A stretch of DNA of 34,440 nt, from the IMG/VR virus record IMGVR_UViG_2531839524_000005; one strand, 5' to 3'. The stretch's first letter is position 1. Every line of letters begins with the position of its first letter. The notes beneath the pieces are model-generated. The model saw only the letters and a program-made list of their open reading frames with translations. It ran no database searches and was not told the DNA's origin. This stretch comes from a virus (lineage: Duplodnaviria; Heunggongvirae; Uroviricota; Caudoviricetes). Positions 7,246 to 17,180 of this stretch are shown here, piece after piece. The position numbers and the translations under genes were made by a program.

Positions 7246-8337
7246 ATGAGCAGACCGGACTGGGGGGCGTTGCAGCAGGAGTATATTGCTGAATACACCC
7301 GCTCCGGTATATCTCCGGTGGCATGGTGTGAAGCAAGGGGACTGAATTACGCAACAGCCCGTCGTTACATCAAAAAACCTCCGAAAAATGCGCAGACAGA
7401 AATGCGCAAAACTGCGCAAAAAAGTGCGCAGAAAAAATCTGCGCAGACTGCGCAAAAGCAGAACGGAAAATCTCAGAAAAAAAAGCCAGTATCCGATGCG
7501 TGCCTGAATAAGGGCGACACGGAGGAATTTTCGTTCTGTCCCGATGAATTCGGCATCTCAGAGCAGCAGACGAAATTTGCGATGCTGGTTGCACAGGGGA
7601 GAAAACTCGTTGAGGCATATCGCCTGGCAGGATACGAGTCAGAGGGGAATGCGGCCTACGTCACTGCCAGCCAGCTCCTAAGAAATCCTAAGGTTTATCG
7701 GGCTATCTCATGGTTCCGCAATCAGTACCAGAAACGCTATACCGCAGACCTAGATTTACTGGTGAGTCAGTTGATGGCCATTGTCCAGGCCGACCCCAAT
7801 CAGTTGGCACAATTTCGCCGTGTTAACTGCCGTTATTGCTGGGGCGAGAATCATCTCTACCAGTGGCGTGATATTGCAGAATTCGATAAGGCAGCAGCAC
7901 AGGCCTCCAGAGATGGCAAACCCGAGCCGGAATATGGAGGCCTCGGCTTTGTTGATAACGCCATACCCAATCCGGATTGTCCGAAGTGCTGCGGTGAGGG
8001 AACGGGACAGCTTTATATGGCTGATACCACTCTGCTTGATGGGGATGCGCGACAATTATATGCAGGGGCAAAGCTCGGGAAATTTGGTGTTGAGATCCTG
8101 CTGGAGGATAAGGCTGCCGCCCGGCGCGAACTTATCAAGCTGATAATGGCGACGAAAGGAGGTTCTGCTAGTGGTGCAACTGACAGTCGCAATGATCTGG
8201 AGCTTGAAGGACTGAGGCTTCGCAACGAAAAGCTGCGCACTGAGATTGAAAACCTCAAAAAAGGCGTGGGTGGTGAGAATAACGAAATAATTATCCACAA
8301 CTCTCTGCCGATGCCGGGAGGGGATAATGTCGATTGA
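7246..8337 (+). CDS. Putative terminase small subunit / DNA-packaging protein
   Basis: 363 aa immediately upstream of, and overlapping, the terminase large subunit. N-terminal HTH-like segment (GISPVAWCEARGLNYATARRYI), basic AQK-repeat region, Cys4 motif (CRYC...CPKCC) and C-terminal coiled coil. Role assigned by position. Confidence 0.45.
   Translation: MSRPDWGALQQEYIAEYTRSGISPVAWCEARGLNYATARRYIKKPPKNAQTEMRKTAQKSAQKKSAQTAQKQNGKSQKKKPVSDACLNKGDTEEFSFCPDEFGISEQQTKFAMLVAQGRKLVEAYRLAGYESEGNAAYVTASQLLRNPKVYRAISWFRNQYQKRYTADLDLLVSQLMAIVQADPNQLAQFRRVNCRYCWGENHLYQWRDIAEFDKAAAQASRDGKPEPEYGGLGFVDNAIPNPDCPKCCGEGTGQLYMADTTLLDGDARQLYAGAKLGKFGVEILLEDKAAARRELIKLIMATKGGSASGATDSRNDLELEGLRLRNEKLRTEIENLKKGVGGENNEIIIHNSLPMPGGDNVD
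7389..7454. repeat. Array of six palindromic TGCGCA hexamers at roughly helical spacing, inside the putative terminase small-subunit gene
   Basis: TGCGCA at 7389, 7403, 7413, 7425, 7440 and 7449, giving spacings of 14, 10, 12, 15 and 9 bp. The same stretch encodes the repetitive peptide TAQKSAQKKSAQTAQKQ. Confidence 0.6.
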
Positions 8338-9655
8338 AATCTACCTCCCAAAACCTCATGAGGGGCAAATAGCTGCATGGACGGCGGCAATAGAGGAACG
8401 CTTCCACGCGGTATGCTGTGGTCGTCGCTGGGGTAAAACGGTGATGCTGGTGAACATCGCTACCAGTTTCGCGACGCGGAAATTTGCCGTTCCTACCACC
8501 GGGCAGCTTATCGCGGGTAGGGTGGGGATTTTTACCGCACAATACCGACAGTACCAGGAAATCTGGGATGAAATTAGCGCCGTTCTGCAACCGCTGATCC
8601 TCAGTCAGTCAAAAAATGAAAAGCGCATCATTCTCCGGAACGGTGGCCGCATCGACTTTTGGGTAACGGACAATAACAAACTGGCCGGGCGTGGGCGTAA
8701 ATATCACGCTGTGCTGATTGATGAGGCCGCATTCACTAAATCGCCGGAAATGCTCGAAGAAATCTGGCCCCGCGCTATACGCCCGACGCTTGTCGATTAC
8801 CGCGGCTGTGCGTGGGTATTTTCCACACCAAACGGTATCGACGAGAGCAATTTTTTCTACGCGATATGCCACGATGAATCCCTGGGATTTGTCATGCACC
8901 ATGCGCCAACTTCATCGAATCCGTATATTCCGAAAGAAGAACTGGAGGAAACGGAGAAGAAATCCGATCCGCGCGTCTGGCAGCAGGAATATCTTGCCGA
9001 GTTCGTGGACTGGTCCAAAGATGCGTTACTCGATGTCGATAAGCTGCTGGTGGACGGTCAGCCGATTGAGATGCCACCGCATTGCGACATGATTTTCGCA
9101 GTGATGGATACGGCGCTGAAAGGCGGGACCGAAAATGATGGTACTGGCATGGTGTATTTCGCTTATGAGTCAACGTATTCGGACGAGCCAAAACTGACGA
9201 TTATTGACTGGGATGTGACGCAAATTAAAGCGTCATTGCTTCCTGAATATATCCCCGGCGTTTATGACAACCTCGAGCGCCTGGCGAAATTATGCCGTCC
9301 GCGTCTGGGCAGTCAGGGAATTTTTATGGAAGACGCTGCGATGGGGGCAATCCTCAACCAGAAGGCGGAAACCGAAGGTTGGGATATGACGCCGATTAAA
9401 TCGGCACTAACCAGCAAAGGCAAAGACGAACGGGCGGTGATGGCATCCAGCTACCACTATCAGGGGATGTGCAAAATCGTCCGGGAGGCTTACGACAAGA
9501 CCGTTTCATTCAAACGCACCACCGCAAACCACCTCATTAAGCAAATAGCCGGGTTCCACCTGGCAGACAAAGACGCACATAAACGTGCTGATGACCTTTT
9601 CGATTGTTACACCTACGGATTGATTATCGCGCACGGTAATTACGCGGAATTGTAA
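8327..9655 (+). CDS. Terminase large subunit
   Basis: 442 aa. Walker A-like motif CCGRRWGKT near the N-terminus, acidic ATPase motif (HAVLIDEAAF) and a C-terminal nuclease-like region with conserved Asp residues (MIFAVMDTA, ADDLFD). Overlaps the upstream gene. Confidence 0.8.
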   Translation: MSIEIYLPKPHEGQIAAWTAAIEERFHAVCCGRRWGKTVMLVNIATSFATRKFAVPTTGQLIAGRVGIFTAQYRQYQEIWDEISAVLQPLILSQSKNEKRIILRNGGRIDFWVTDNNKLAGRGRKYHAVLIDEAAFTKSPEMLEEIWPRAIRPTLVDYRGCAWVFSTPNGIDESNFFYAICHDESLGFVMHHAPTSSNPYIPKEELEETEKKSDPRVWQQEYLAEFVDWSKDALLDVDKLLVDGQPIEMPPHCDMIFAVMDTALKGGTENDGTGMVYFAYESTYSDEPKLTIIDWDVTQIKASLLPEYIPGVYDNLERLAKLCRPRLGSQGIFMEDAAMGAILNQKAETEGWDMTPIKSALTSKGKDERAVMASSYHYQGMCKIVREAYDKTVSFKRTTANHLIKQIAGFHLADKDAHKRADDLFDCYTYGLIIAHGNYAEL

Positions 9656-9673
9656 AAATCTGGATTTTTTCTG

Positions 9674-11110
9674 ATGGCTGAGATCGAGATTTCTGTAAAT
9701 CTCAGTTCTTCGCTGATGCGCATTCTTGAGGCTGAAGAAATTCAGCCGGGAACCGACATTGGCTATGAACTGTGTAAACTGCTGTGGCAGTACCACCCGC
9801 TGGGCGGGAAACTTGTCGAAAAACCCATACTGATGGCGATGTGTAAGCCGCGCCAGTACAACGTGGAGACAGACCCTGACGAGCGGGTTGTGCGGCGTTT
9901 TCAGGAGGTATGGGAACGTATGAAGGTTAACGAGAAGATTAAAAATCTTTTTTTTCTGTCTCGTTGCTACGGTGCTGCAGCGATCGGCGTGGGCACCGAC
10001 AGTGTTTCATGTCGTGAACCGCTTCCGACGTTCGGACTGACAGAAGAGGATGTGTATATCAACGCGTGGGATCCGTTGAACGCTTCCGGTTCGATGGTGA
10101 CTGACCAGAATCCAAACAGTCCGTTTTTCCAGGAAGCCAATAAAAAGCTGAAGATTGGCGGAAAAGACTGGCATCCGTCACGCACACTAAAAATCTTCAA
10201 CGGCACACCGATTTATCTGGAGTTTCAGAGTTCATCGTTCGGATTCACCGGGCGAAGCGTATTTCAGCGCGTTCTTTATTCCCTGAAATCCTATATCAAT
10301 ACGATGGAGGCGAATGATCTCGTCAGCCAGAAGGCGGGCGTACTGGTAGCTAAAGTTGTGCAGTATGGCTCCAAACTTGACGGGATAATGGCTGCCGCCA
10401 CGGGACGAAAAAGGGAAAACGTCAAAGAGGCAAAAAATAAAGGGGTGCTTAGTATCGGGAAGGATGAGGATGTTACCTCGCTGAATCTACAAAACATCGA
10501 TGGTGCGCTAAACGCTGCACGCGACAATATTATTTCCGATATTGCGTCAGGGAGTGACGTTCCGGCGATCCTCATTAAAGAGGAAGCCTTTTCGAATGGT
10601 TTCGGTGAGGGGATCGAAGATTCGAAAGCCGTCAGCCAGTATATCGATGGTGTACGCCAGCAGATTGAACCTGTGATGGATTATTTCGAACGCCTGGTGC
10701 AGTACATCGCCTGGAACGAGGAATTTTATCAGTCGCTGAAAAATGATTACCCGGACATCATAACCGACGACTATAAAACCACGTTTTACCAGTGGCGACG
10801 TGAATTTACCGCGACGTGGCAGGAGCTGGTGGAGGAGTCGCCGGACAAACGCCGGGAAAGCGACAGTAAAGTGATTCAACAGGCGATAGCACTTTTCTCT
10901 GCCGTGTCGCCACAGGTTGATCCTGAAAACCGTGCCGCCGTCACTGAATGGCTGGCAAGCCTTGTTAATGCCACGCAAACCTATGGCGAAGCTCCACTCA
11001 TCATTGATGTGGACGCGCTGGCAAATTATGAACCACCGAAGCAGGAGACGCCTGATGGCAATTTCCAGCCGGGCGGGGAGGAGGAAGAGACGGATCAGGA
11101 CGCTGTATGA
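9674..11110 (+). CDS. Portal protein (putative)
   Basis: 478-aa protein directly after the terminase large subunit, with an acidic C-terminus; call by position and size. Confidence 0.55.
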   Translation: MAEIEISVNLSSSLMRILEAEEIQPGTDIGYELCKLLWQYHPLGGKLVEKPILMAMCKPRQYNVETDPDERVVRRFQEVWERMKVNEKIKNLFFLSRCYGAAAIGVGTDSVSCREPLPTFGLTEEDVYINAWDPLNASGSMVTDQNPNSPFFQEANKKLKIGGKDWHPSRTLKIFNGTPIYLEFQSSSFGFTGRSVFQRVLYSLKSYINTMEANDLVSQKAGVLVAKVVQYGSKLDGIMAAATGRKRENVKEAKNKGVLSIGKDEDVTSLNLQNIDGALNAARDNIISDIASGSDVPAILIKEEAFSNGFGEGIEDSKAVSQYIDGVRQQIEPVMDYFERLVQYIAWNEEFYQSLKNDYPDIITDDYKTTFYQWRREFTATWQELVEESPDKRRESDSKVIQQAIALFSAVSPQVDPENRAAVTEWLASLVNATQTYGEAPLIIDVDALANYEPPKQETPDGNFQPGGEEEETDQDAV

Positions 11111-11888
11111 GGTTCTGACGGATGCCGTTAACTACTACGTAAATCACGGGTGGGATAGCGAAAAATCATTGCTCGAATGGTGCCGGAAACTCCGTGTAGC
11201 CGCTCAGCGAGAAACCCCTGATGATACCGTAGCCAGAAAACATCTCACCGCTATCTACAGCCGTCTTGTCATCGACGGCGGGGCATTACGGGATCAGCCT
11301 CCTGACGGCCCTAAAAAAATCACTGTTGAAAAACTGAAACCTGAGTTTCGCAAGGAACTCGACAGGCGAATTTTCGCCAGTGCCAACCTGATAAAACTCA
11401 ACCGAGAACAGGCCATCGAGAAAACCATACAGCGTTTTCAGGGGTGGGTTACGTCCATTCCGCCTGACGGGGTGAGCGAAATTGATCGCCGGGAAGTGAA
11501 GTCCAGTTTTCAGAAGTCCGTGAAGGATATGGATTTTATCAGTCGCCGGGTGGCAATTGACCAGGGGCATAAGCTGGCAAGCAACGTTAAGTATCTGCTG
11601 GCTGTTCAGAGTGGTGCGATTGCTCTGCGCTGGCATTCGAACTGGCGGCGTCCGGGCTACAAATACCGACAGGACCACAAAGAGCGCGACGAGAAAATTT
11701 ATCTCCTCCGCGATTCTTGGGCGCTGGAGCAGGGGCTGATTAAGCCCGTATATGGTTTTTATGACGAAATCACTGCTGCCGGGGAGGAGGTTTATTGCAG
11801 TTGCGATGCACTGCCGATCTACGCCCCTCAGAAACTACCTGACGAATTTTTAACGGAGAAGGGCAAACGTGAGTTTAACCGAGCTTGA
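11055..11888 (+). CDS. Head morphogenesis / minor head protein (Mu gpF or SPP1 gp7-like, putative)
   Basis: ATG at 11055 with AGGAG upstream, overlapping the portal 3' end; about 277 aa. Position after portal is typical; not verified. Confidence 0.4.
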   Translation: MAISSRAGRRKRRIRTLYEVLTDAVNYYVNHGWDSEKSLLEWCRKLRVAAQRETPDDTVARKHLTAIYSRLVIDGGALRDQPPDGPKKITVEKLKPEFRKELDRRIFASANLIKLNREQAIEKTIQRFQGWVTSIPPDGVSEIDRREVKSSFQKSVKDMDFISRRVAIDQGHKLASNVKYLLAVQSGAIALRWHSNWRRPGYKYRQDHKERDEKIYLLRDSWALEQGLIKPVYGFYDEITAAGEEVYCSCDALPIYAPQKLPDEFLTEKGKREFNRA

Positions 11889-13191
11889 AGTGGCAGAACG
11901 CATCAGGGACGGAACCGTACCGTCTCCGGTGAAATTCTCCAACATGTGGCTGGTGAATTTGCGAATAACCGGAACCGGGCTTGCCTATCGCGCCGGGCTG
12001 AAAGAGCACGTATGGCGTGATCCAAAGCTCTATCTGAACGAGGAGTTTTTAAGGCGATGCAATGGCCTTCCGGTTATCGCAAACCATCCTGACGACGCAG
12101 TTCTGACGGAGGAGGATTTTAAATCGCGGATCGTCGGCAGTGTCATGCTGCCGTATATCCGGGGTGACGAGGTATGGGCGGTGTGCCGCGTTTATCTCCA
12201 GAGCATTGTTGAAGAAATCACTGAGGGGGATGTTTCGACAAGTCCGTCGGTGGTGTTCAACAGCACATCAGGAAATGTGGAAGTACAGGAAGGTGACACC
12301 AATTTTTTAATCGAGGGCGTTCCTTTCCTTGTTGATCACATCGCCCTGGTGACGAAAGACCACGGCTCGCTGGGCGTGTGGGATAAAGACCGGATCCCCG
12401 CAGGGGTTGAAGTGACAAATACAGGTGAAATTGAGATGGAAAAAGAAGAACTCCAGGCCCTGTTACAGGGGGTGGTTAACGATGCCCTGAGCGGCATTAA
12501 TCAGAAAATTGATGGAGTAGTCACGCGCATGGACTCACTGGAACAGCGGGACAAAGCGCGGGCGGACGCCGAAGATCAGGCGAAAAAAGAGGCCGAAGAA
12601 AAGGCCAAAGCCGATGAAGCCGCAGAGGAACAGCGTAAAGCTGATAAAGCTGCGGCAAAGGAGGCGGAAGAAAAAGCCAAAGCTGACGAGGCGGCAGCTA
12701 AAGACGCTGAGGAGAAAGCAAAGGCTGATTCCGAAGCGGAAGAACAGCGTAAGGCTGACGAGGAGGCAGAAAAAGAACGCAATGACTCTGCCCTGGCAGA
12801 AGCACAGGCTAAAGCCGACTCCGCATTCAGTGCCTGCGGTAAAAACGCGCCAGCACCGTTTTCTGGTGAAAATGCGCTGGACTACCGCAAGCGTGCGCTA
12901 ATCGCTATGCAGAAACACTCTCCGGCACATAAGGACGTCAATATTCGCGCGATTGCGGATTCTGCAACGCTGGCTGTGCTTGAGGACGCAATTTTCAGTG
13001 CTGCCCGTCAGTCCATCGAAAAAGAAATGATGAGTACGCAGGGACAACTGCATAAACGTATCCGCAACGATGAAGCCGGGCGTCGCATTACTGAATATCA
13101 GGGCGATCCGAACGTCTGGCTAAGTGCTTTCAAAATTCCGGGGCGTCGTCTGGCAAAAATTAACACTCAAGGGAGCCTGAACAATGGCTGA
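11869..13191 (+). CDS. Scaffold or protease-scaffold-like head protein with a central acidic/basic coiled-coil repeat
   Basis: GTG start at 11869; 440 aa. Central low-complexity region (EEKAKADEAA...EEQRKAD...) of coiled-coil character; lies between the head-morphogenesis and capsid genes. Confidence 0.45.
   Translation: MSLTELEVAERIRDGTVPSPVKFSNMWLVNLRITGTGLAYRAGLKEHVWRDPKLYLNEEFLRRCNGLPVIANHPDDAVLTEEDFKSRIVGSVMLPYIRGDEVWAVCRVYLQSIVEEITEGDVSTSPSVVFNSTSGNVEVQEGDTNFLIEGVPFLVDHIALVTKDHGSLGVWDKDRIPAGVEVTNTGEIEMEKEELQALLQGVVNDALSGINQKIDGVVTRMDSLEQRDKARADAEDQAKKEAEEKAKADEAAEEQRKADKAAAKEAEEKAKADEAAAKDAEEKAKADSEAEEQRKADEEAEKERNDSALAEAQAKADSAFSACGKNAPAPFSGENALDYRKRALIAMQKHSPAHKDVNIRAIADSATLAVLEDAIFSAARQSIEKEMMSTQGQLHKRIRNDEAGRRITEYQGDPNVWLSAFKIPGRRLAKINTQGSLNNG
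12560..12790 (+). repeat. Imperfect tandem DNA repeats encoding the KAEE/EEQRKAD coiled-coil segment
   Basis: Units such as gaagaaaaggccaaagccgatgaagccgcag and gaagaaaaagccaaagctgacgaggcggcag recur with variation. They give rise to mirror-image artefact ORFs on both strands. Confidence 0.6.
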
Positions 13192-13801
13192 TATTAACTT
13201 TCATCCGTTTAAAAACCGTGGAGCATTTGGTGGCCTTTTTAACGTCGAATCCCGTGGGCTGATGCAGGGGGATGCGCAGGATGATCCGGCAATTCGTCTG
13301 CAACTTTGCTCCGGTCGACTGGACAGCAAAATCACTGAGCCGGTATGGGGTGGCGTTGGAGTTATGGAGTGCATTGCTCCCGCGAAAGACAGCGTTAACG
13401 GCGCGGTAATTAAGCAGGCTACACAAAACGCATGTAACGCCTTTACGGTCTTTAATCAGGCATTTCATGGCATTACCACGCCGGATAATCCGGTGCCGTT
13501 ATATCTCGCGGGTGGCTTTGTTCACTATTACCGCGTTGGCTCAGGTGCCCGCATTCCTCTCCCTGTCAGTGCAGAAGTTGTTGCGCTGGCTGATGGTAAT
13601 AACACCGTTGCTGCCAGTGGTTTTGTGTGGGATCTGACGAAAAACATGGTTGATGTTTATTCGGGATCACCCGGAGCTAATCCGAAAGTGGATATTAAAT
13701 TGCTGATGGTTTCAGTTGACGGAAACCTGACGGTGAAAAAAGAGGATGGCGGTAACGTTGTCTGGGAAATCGGCAAACCGTGCGGCCTGTTTTTAATTTA
13801 A
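13184..13801 (+). CDS. Head protein, hypothetical (decoration or head-completion candidate)
   Basis: 205-aa ORF with GGGAG RBS, between the scaffold-like gene and the putative major capsid gene. Confidence 0.35.
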   Translation: MADINFHPFKNRGAFGGLFNVESRGLMQGDAQDDPAIRLQLCSGRLDSKITEPVWGGVGVMECIAPAKDSVNGAVIKQATQNACNAFTVFNQAFHGITTPDNPVPLYLAGGFVHYYRVGSGARIPLPVSAEVVALADGNNTVAASGFVWDLTKNMVDVYSGSPGANPKVDIKLLMVSVDGNLTVKKEDGGNVVWEIGKPCGLFLI

Positions 13802-13815
13802 GGGGATATTAATTA

Positions 13816-14844
13816 ATGAGCGCATTTACTCCTGCGACTACTATTGTGTCGCCGTCAATGGTGCTGCCGGAAATGATCGTGCAACAGAGCATGGCTTCCG
13901 GTGCGTTTGAAGTCCTGGCTGGCGGTGCTCCAGCGGTAAAAATCAGTTCCAGTGATTTGATGGTCTATCAGAAATATTTACGTATGACCTCGCAGGCGCA
14001 GGTCAGCCAGTCTCTGCCGGGCCAGTTGCCGTCTTCCAGTATTTCTGGCGGCTATGACGGGATGATGACTTACCGAATTTCTTCCCGCTCGCAATACAGC
14101 TATCTCGATACTGATGCAGCAGATCGCTGGGGCTATTCTCTGATTGAAGGCCTGCGCCTGGCTAACCGCCAGGGACACGCTCAAATGTTGCGTAATATGC
14201 TGCTGTATGGTGTGAATGCAGCTAATAACGAGGGGATCACCAACTCCCCGAACGCAGTGACGCTGAATCTGGGCAACGACAGCAAAGGGAATGATTCATA
14301 TACCACTTGGGATTCCGGCGAGATGGCTAAATTTATGCTTGGCCTGATTGCTGACCAGAAAACCCGCATGTTGCTGCTGGGGCAGCCATTAACGACTGTC
14401 ATTCTGAGTCCGCAGCGATTCATGAAGGCGCTGGAGTGGACAGGAATTGTTGAGCTGACCAGTTACCAGCGTCCTGGTGGCGGTACCGGAACGGTGGGAA
14501 CGGTGGTTAAAGACGTCGCTGATAAGGCGACAGGCGATGACATCATTTTCTGCCAGGACGACACGCTGATCGGTAAAGGCGCTGGTGGTAATGATCTGAT
14601 CATCGTTACGAACCCGACGATTGAGGTGCCGGAAGCGCGTCACGCCATTAACACCAATATCTTCTCCACGCTGGTTCCGAACCAGCAGGCCGTCAACGTG
14701 ATGTTCTGCGATATGGCAGCGCCGACGGAGATCCCGTCCCCTATGCCGGATGGCGGCCTGACCACGTTGTATACCATGCGCGCGACACCGGGCTGGAACT
14801 TCCGCCCTGAGGGGATCACCCTGTTGTCTGCCAAATACGCATAA
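13816..14844 (+). CDS. Major capsid protein (putative)
   Basis: 342 aa, AAGGGGA RBS, followed by a strong terminator (high-expression signature). Position after scaffold is typical; fold unverified. Confidence 0.55.
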   Translation: MSAFTPATTIVSPSMVLPEMIVQQSMASGAFEVLAGGAPAVKISSSDLMVYQKYLRMTSQAQVSQSLPGQLPSSSISGGYDGMMTYRISSRSQYSYLDTDAADRWGYSLIEGLRLANRQGHAQMLRNMLLYGVNAANNEGITNSPNAVTLNLGNDSKGNDSYTTWDSGEMAKFMLGLIADQKTRMLLLGQPLTTVILSPQRFMKALEWTGIVELTSYQRPGGGTGTVGTVVKDVADKATGDDIIFCQDDTLIGKGAGGNDLIIVTNPTIEVPEARHAINTNIFSTLVPNQQAVNVMFCDMAAPTEIPSPMPDGGLTTLYTMRATPGWNFRPEGITLLSAKYA

Positions 14845-14861
14845 ACGTTCAATCTGATAAC

Positions 14862-14890
14862 GCGGGGAGCTAAATGCTCCCCTTTTTTGT
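14862..14890 (+). terminator. Rho-independent terminator after the capsid gene
   Basis: Stem ggggagc / gctcccc with loop taaat, followed by TTTTTT. Confidence 0.7.
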
Positions 14891-14901
14891 GGGAAAAATT
14901 T

Positions 14902-15372
14902 ATGAAGCTCTACATCGCTAACTGTTCACGTCAGCCGCACACGTTCAACTACAAACTCCCCGAAAAAACGCAGTCGTTCGGTGTGACAATTCCGTCCGGA
15001 CGTCAGCATATGATCGAAAATCAGTCCGATATTATCGACCACATCATCCGACAGCATGAGCCTTACGGATTCCAGCGTTGTGACAAGGTGGACAAGAATT
15101 TTTCCGGTATCTGCTATTCCATCGATAAACCTGTGAGTGTCGGTCGCATTGAGGATTGCGCGGAGCAGAAAACGGAAAATCTGGAATCCATGTCAGAGGA
15201 AATTCTCGCGGCCAGCGCCGTATCGCTGAATAACGCAGTGGATCAGGCAGTGATTCAGAGCGGCGAAAAACCTCAACCTGGCGGTATTGAGATGGAAATC
15301 ACCGGGGAAGCGATCAACACCGAACAGGAAAATCCGCCCAGCACAAAGCGAAATATTAAGGTTAAAAAATAA
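14902..15372 (+). CDS. Hypothetical head-tail joining/completion protein
   Basis: ATG at 14902 (the track's upstream start lies inside the terminator); about 156 aa; part of a coupled gene chain. Confidence 0.35.
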   Translation: MKLYIANCSRQPHTFNYKLPEKTQSFGVTIPSGRQHMIENQSDIIDHIIRQHEPYGFQRCDKVDKNFSGICYSIDKPVSVGRIEDCAEQKTENLESMSEEILAASAVSLNNAVDQAVIQSGEKPQPGGIEMEITGEAINTEQENPPSTKRNIKVKK

Positions 15373-15812
15373 TGACCCTGCGTCCGTCACTGGAGGGATT
15401 TATTCGCTTTGTTCGTGATGACATGAAAGTACCGGTTCACGCTATTGCTGACGATGATCCGACGCTGGAATGTTGCTTTCAGTCTGCGATGGAGCTAATC
15501 CCTCACGATCAGGGGCTGGAGCGTTTACCCATCATCTATGTGCGAACGGTTTATAACGCTGCCGCCTCATTCCTCCTGAATTTCGCCCCAGGCTCGTGGT
15601 TTGCTGACCTGAGAAAAAAACTCAACCTCGGGAAACTGGCTACCGGGCTTGTCAGCGCGGCAGCAGACCAGGGGACATCGGGTTCGATCACTATCAGCGA
15701 CGCGCTGAGAAATCTGTCTTTGCTGGATTTGCAGATGTTGCAGGATCCGTATGGACGACAGGTTGTTGCGGTGCTGATGCAGATGGGTACGGTATGGGGT
15801 TACACGCCATGA
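15372..15812 (+). CDS. Hypothetical head-tail joining/completion protein
   Basis: taATG overlap with the upstream stop; 146 aa. Confidence 0.35.
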   Translation: MTLRPSLEGFIRFVRDDMKVPVHAIADDDPTLECCFQSAMELIPHDQGLERLPIIYVRTVYNAAASFLLNFAPGSWFADLRKKLNLGKLATGLVSAAADQGTSGSITISDALRNLSLLDLQMLQDPYGRQVVAVLMQMGTVWGYTP

Positions 15813-16249
15813 AACTCTGTTTTGGTGTTGTCGACCAGCCGTATGACTACGGCGACGAACCGGGAAAAACCACGTTTGACGTGGCCTGTGACCTTGAGGA
15901 GCGATACGAAATTTTTACGCACTTCTGGGAAATGCATAAGGACGAGATTATCCAGGAGGCAGGTACTGAACTGGCGTACCAGTGGGTCAATCACCTTAAA
16001 CATAAGGCTCCGCTACCAGGCGAGCATTTTCTGGAAGGGACTGAGAAGATTTTCCATATTTTTCTTGAAACTGAAGAAATGGCCGGGATGACGATTAACG
16101 GAAACCCTGTGCCAACTCAGGCCGCGCTACTGGGCGTTAACTCCAGGCTTAAGGACAAATATACCGGAGAGCGGCGTCCGTCATTCATAGACGGCGGCCT
16201 GTTTAAGGACAGCTTTATAGCGTGGATAGATAACAATGCCGAGTCTTGA
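15809..16249 (+). CDS. Hypothetical head-tail joining/completion protein
   Basis: ATGA overlap with the upstream stop, which favours ATG 15809 over the track's 15794; about 146 aa. Confidence 0.35.
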   Translation: MKLCFGVVDQPYDYGDEPGKTTFDVACDLEERYEIFTHFWEMHKDEIIQEAGTELAYQWVNHLKHKAPLPGEHFLEGTEKIFHIFLETEEMAGMTINGNPVPTQAALLGVNSRLKDKYTGERRPSFIDGGLFKDSFIAWIDNNAES

Positions 16250-17180
16250 GGAATTAGCCGAACAGCACAGTTCGCAGCTCTCATCCGTTCTTAAATCCGC
16301 AGTTGAAACCATCTCGTCAGACCAGGAAATCACGTTCAGGCTCTATGTCCGGCAGGTTCTGCCGCTGGATGGTTTTGTCTATTGGGTTAATGCGGAAATC
16401 ATCAGTTGCGATGAACTGTGTCGCCTGAATATTGAGTCACCAACTCGTCTGAAAATCAAAGGCAGCCTGCATCGTCAGGTTATTGCAATTCAGGACGAGT
16501 CTGTCTCGAAGGATGTGAACAACATTATTTTCACGCCTGTTCAGCAGGTTGATGATTTTAATGTGGAAAATCCCGATGCGATCTATCTCGGTGAGTACGG
16601 CGGCGTCCAGTTCGCTTTTTCACGAATGGAGAGCCGTTATCAGCAGTCGGGTATTTTTCATTATCGAGGCATGGCGATTTTACCAACTATGCGTTCTCAG
16701 ATTATCGACTGCGAGGAGGATATCAGCGACGAGCAGATCATCTCCAACAGCATCCCGATCTGGCTGCAAATGAAAGATGCCGCGACCGTGTATCCGTCTT
16801 ACCTGGTACCTCAGAACCTTCGCCCTCCGTATATCGCGGTGGATGTTCGCAACAGTATTCCGTTGCAGGTGGCTCCCGTTGTTTTCGGTGGTGAGCGATT
16901 CCAGCTCGTCCAGGATTCGGTTCGCCTGACGCTTTACGGATTCAGCAACAAAATGGCGCTGGATCTTGTCGACTCGGTGGTGAACAGGGCGCTGGAGGAG
17001 GAAAAGTTTGGTGTAACCAATATTCCGGTGGTTCAGGACGCAAAGTCGGGACAGGTTGAAATCAACGCTCTGGCGAAGAAAAAGATTGTCGATTTTGACG
17101 TGAATTACTACCAGAGCACCGCTCGGGAAATATCCCGGCAGTTGATTGAAAAAGTTATTTGTAAATATGAGGTTAAATAA
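16236..17180 (+). CDS. Hypothetical virion protein (neck or tail-completion candidate)
   Basis: 314-aa ORF overlapping both neighbours; precedes the putative sheath gene. Confidence 0.35.
   Translation: MPSLEELAEQHSSQLSSVLKSAVETISSDQEITFRLYVRQVLPLDGFVYWVNAEIISCDELCRLNIESPTRLKIKGSLHRQVIAIQDESVSKDVNNIIFTPVQQVDDFNVENPDAIYLGEYGGVQFAFSRMESRYQQSGIFHYRGMAILPTMRSQIIDCEEDISDEQIISNSIPIWLQMKDAATVYPSYLVPQNLRPPYIAVDVRNSIPLQVAPVVFGGERFQLVQDSVRLTLYGFSNKMALDLVDSVVNRALEEEKFGVTNIPVVQDAKSGQVEINALAKKKIVDFDVNYYQSTAREISRQLIEKVICKYEVK

Noticed and set aside
12576-12901. ORFs on both strands within the scaffold gene (12576..12782 - and 12614..12901 +)
   Set aside because: Generated by the repetitive GAA/GCN-rich coiled-coil repeat; the sense-frame gene 11869..13191 explains the region.
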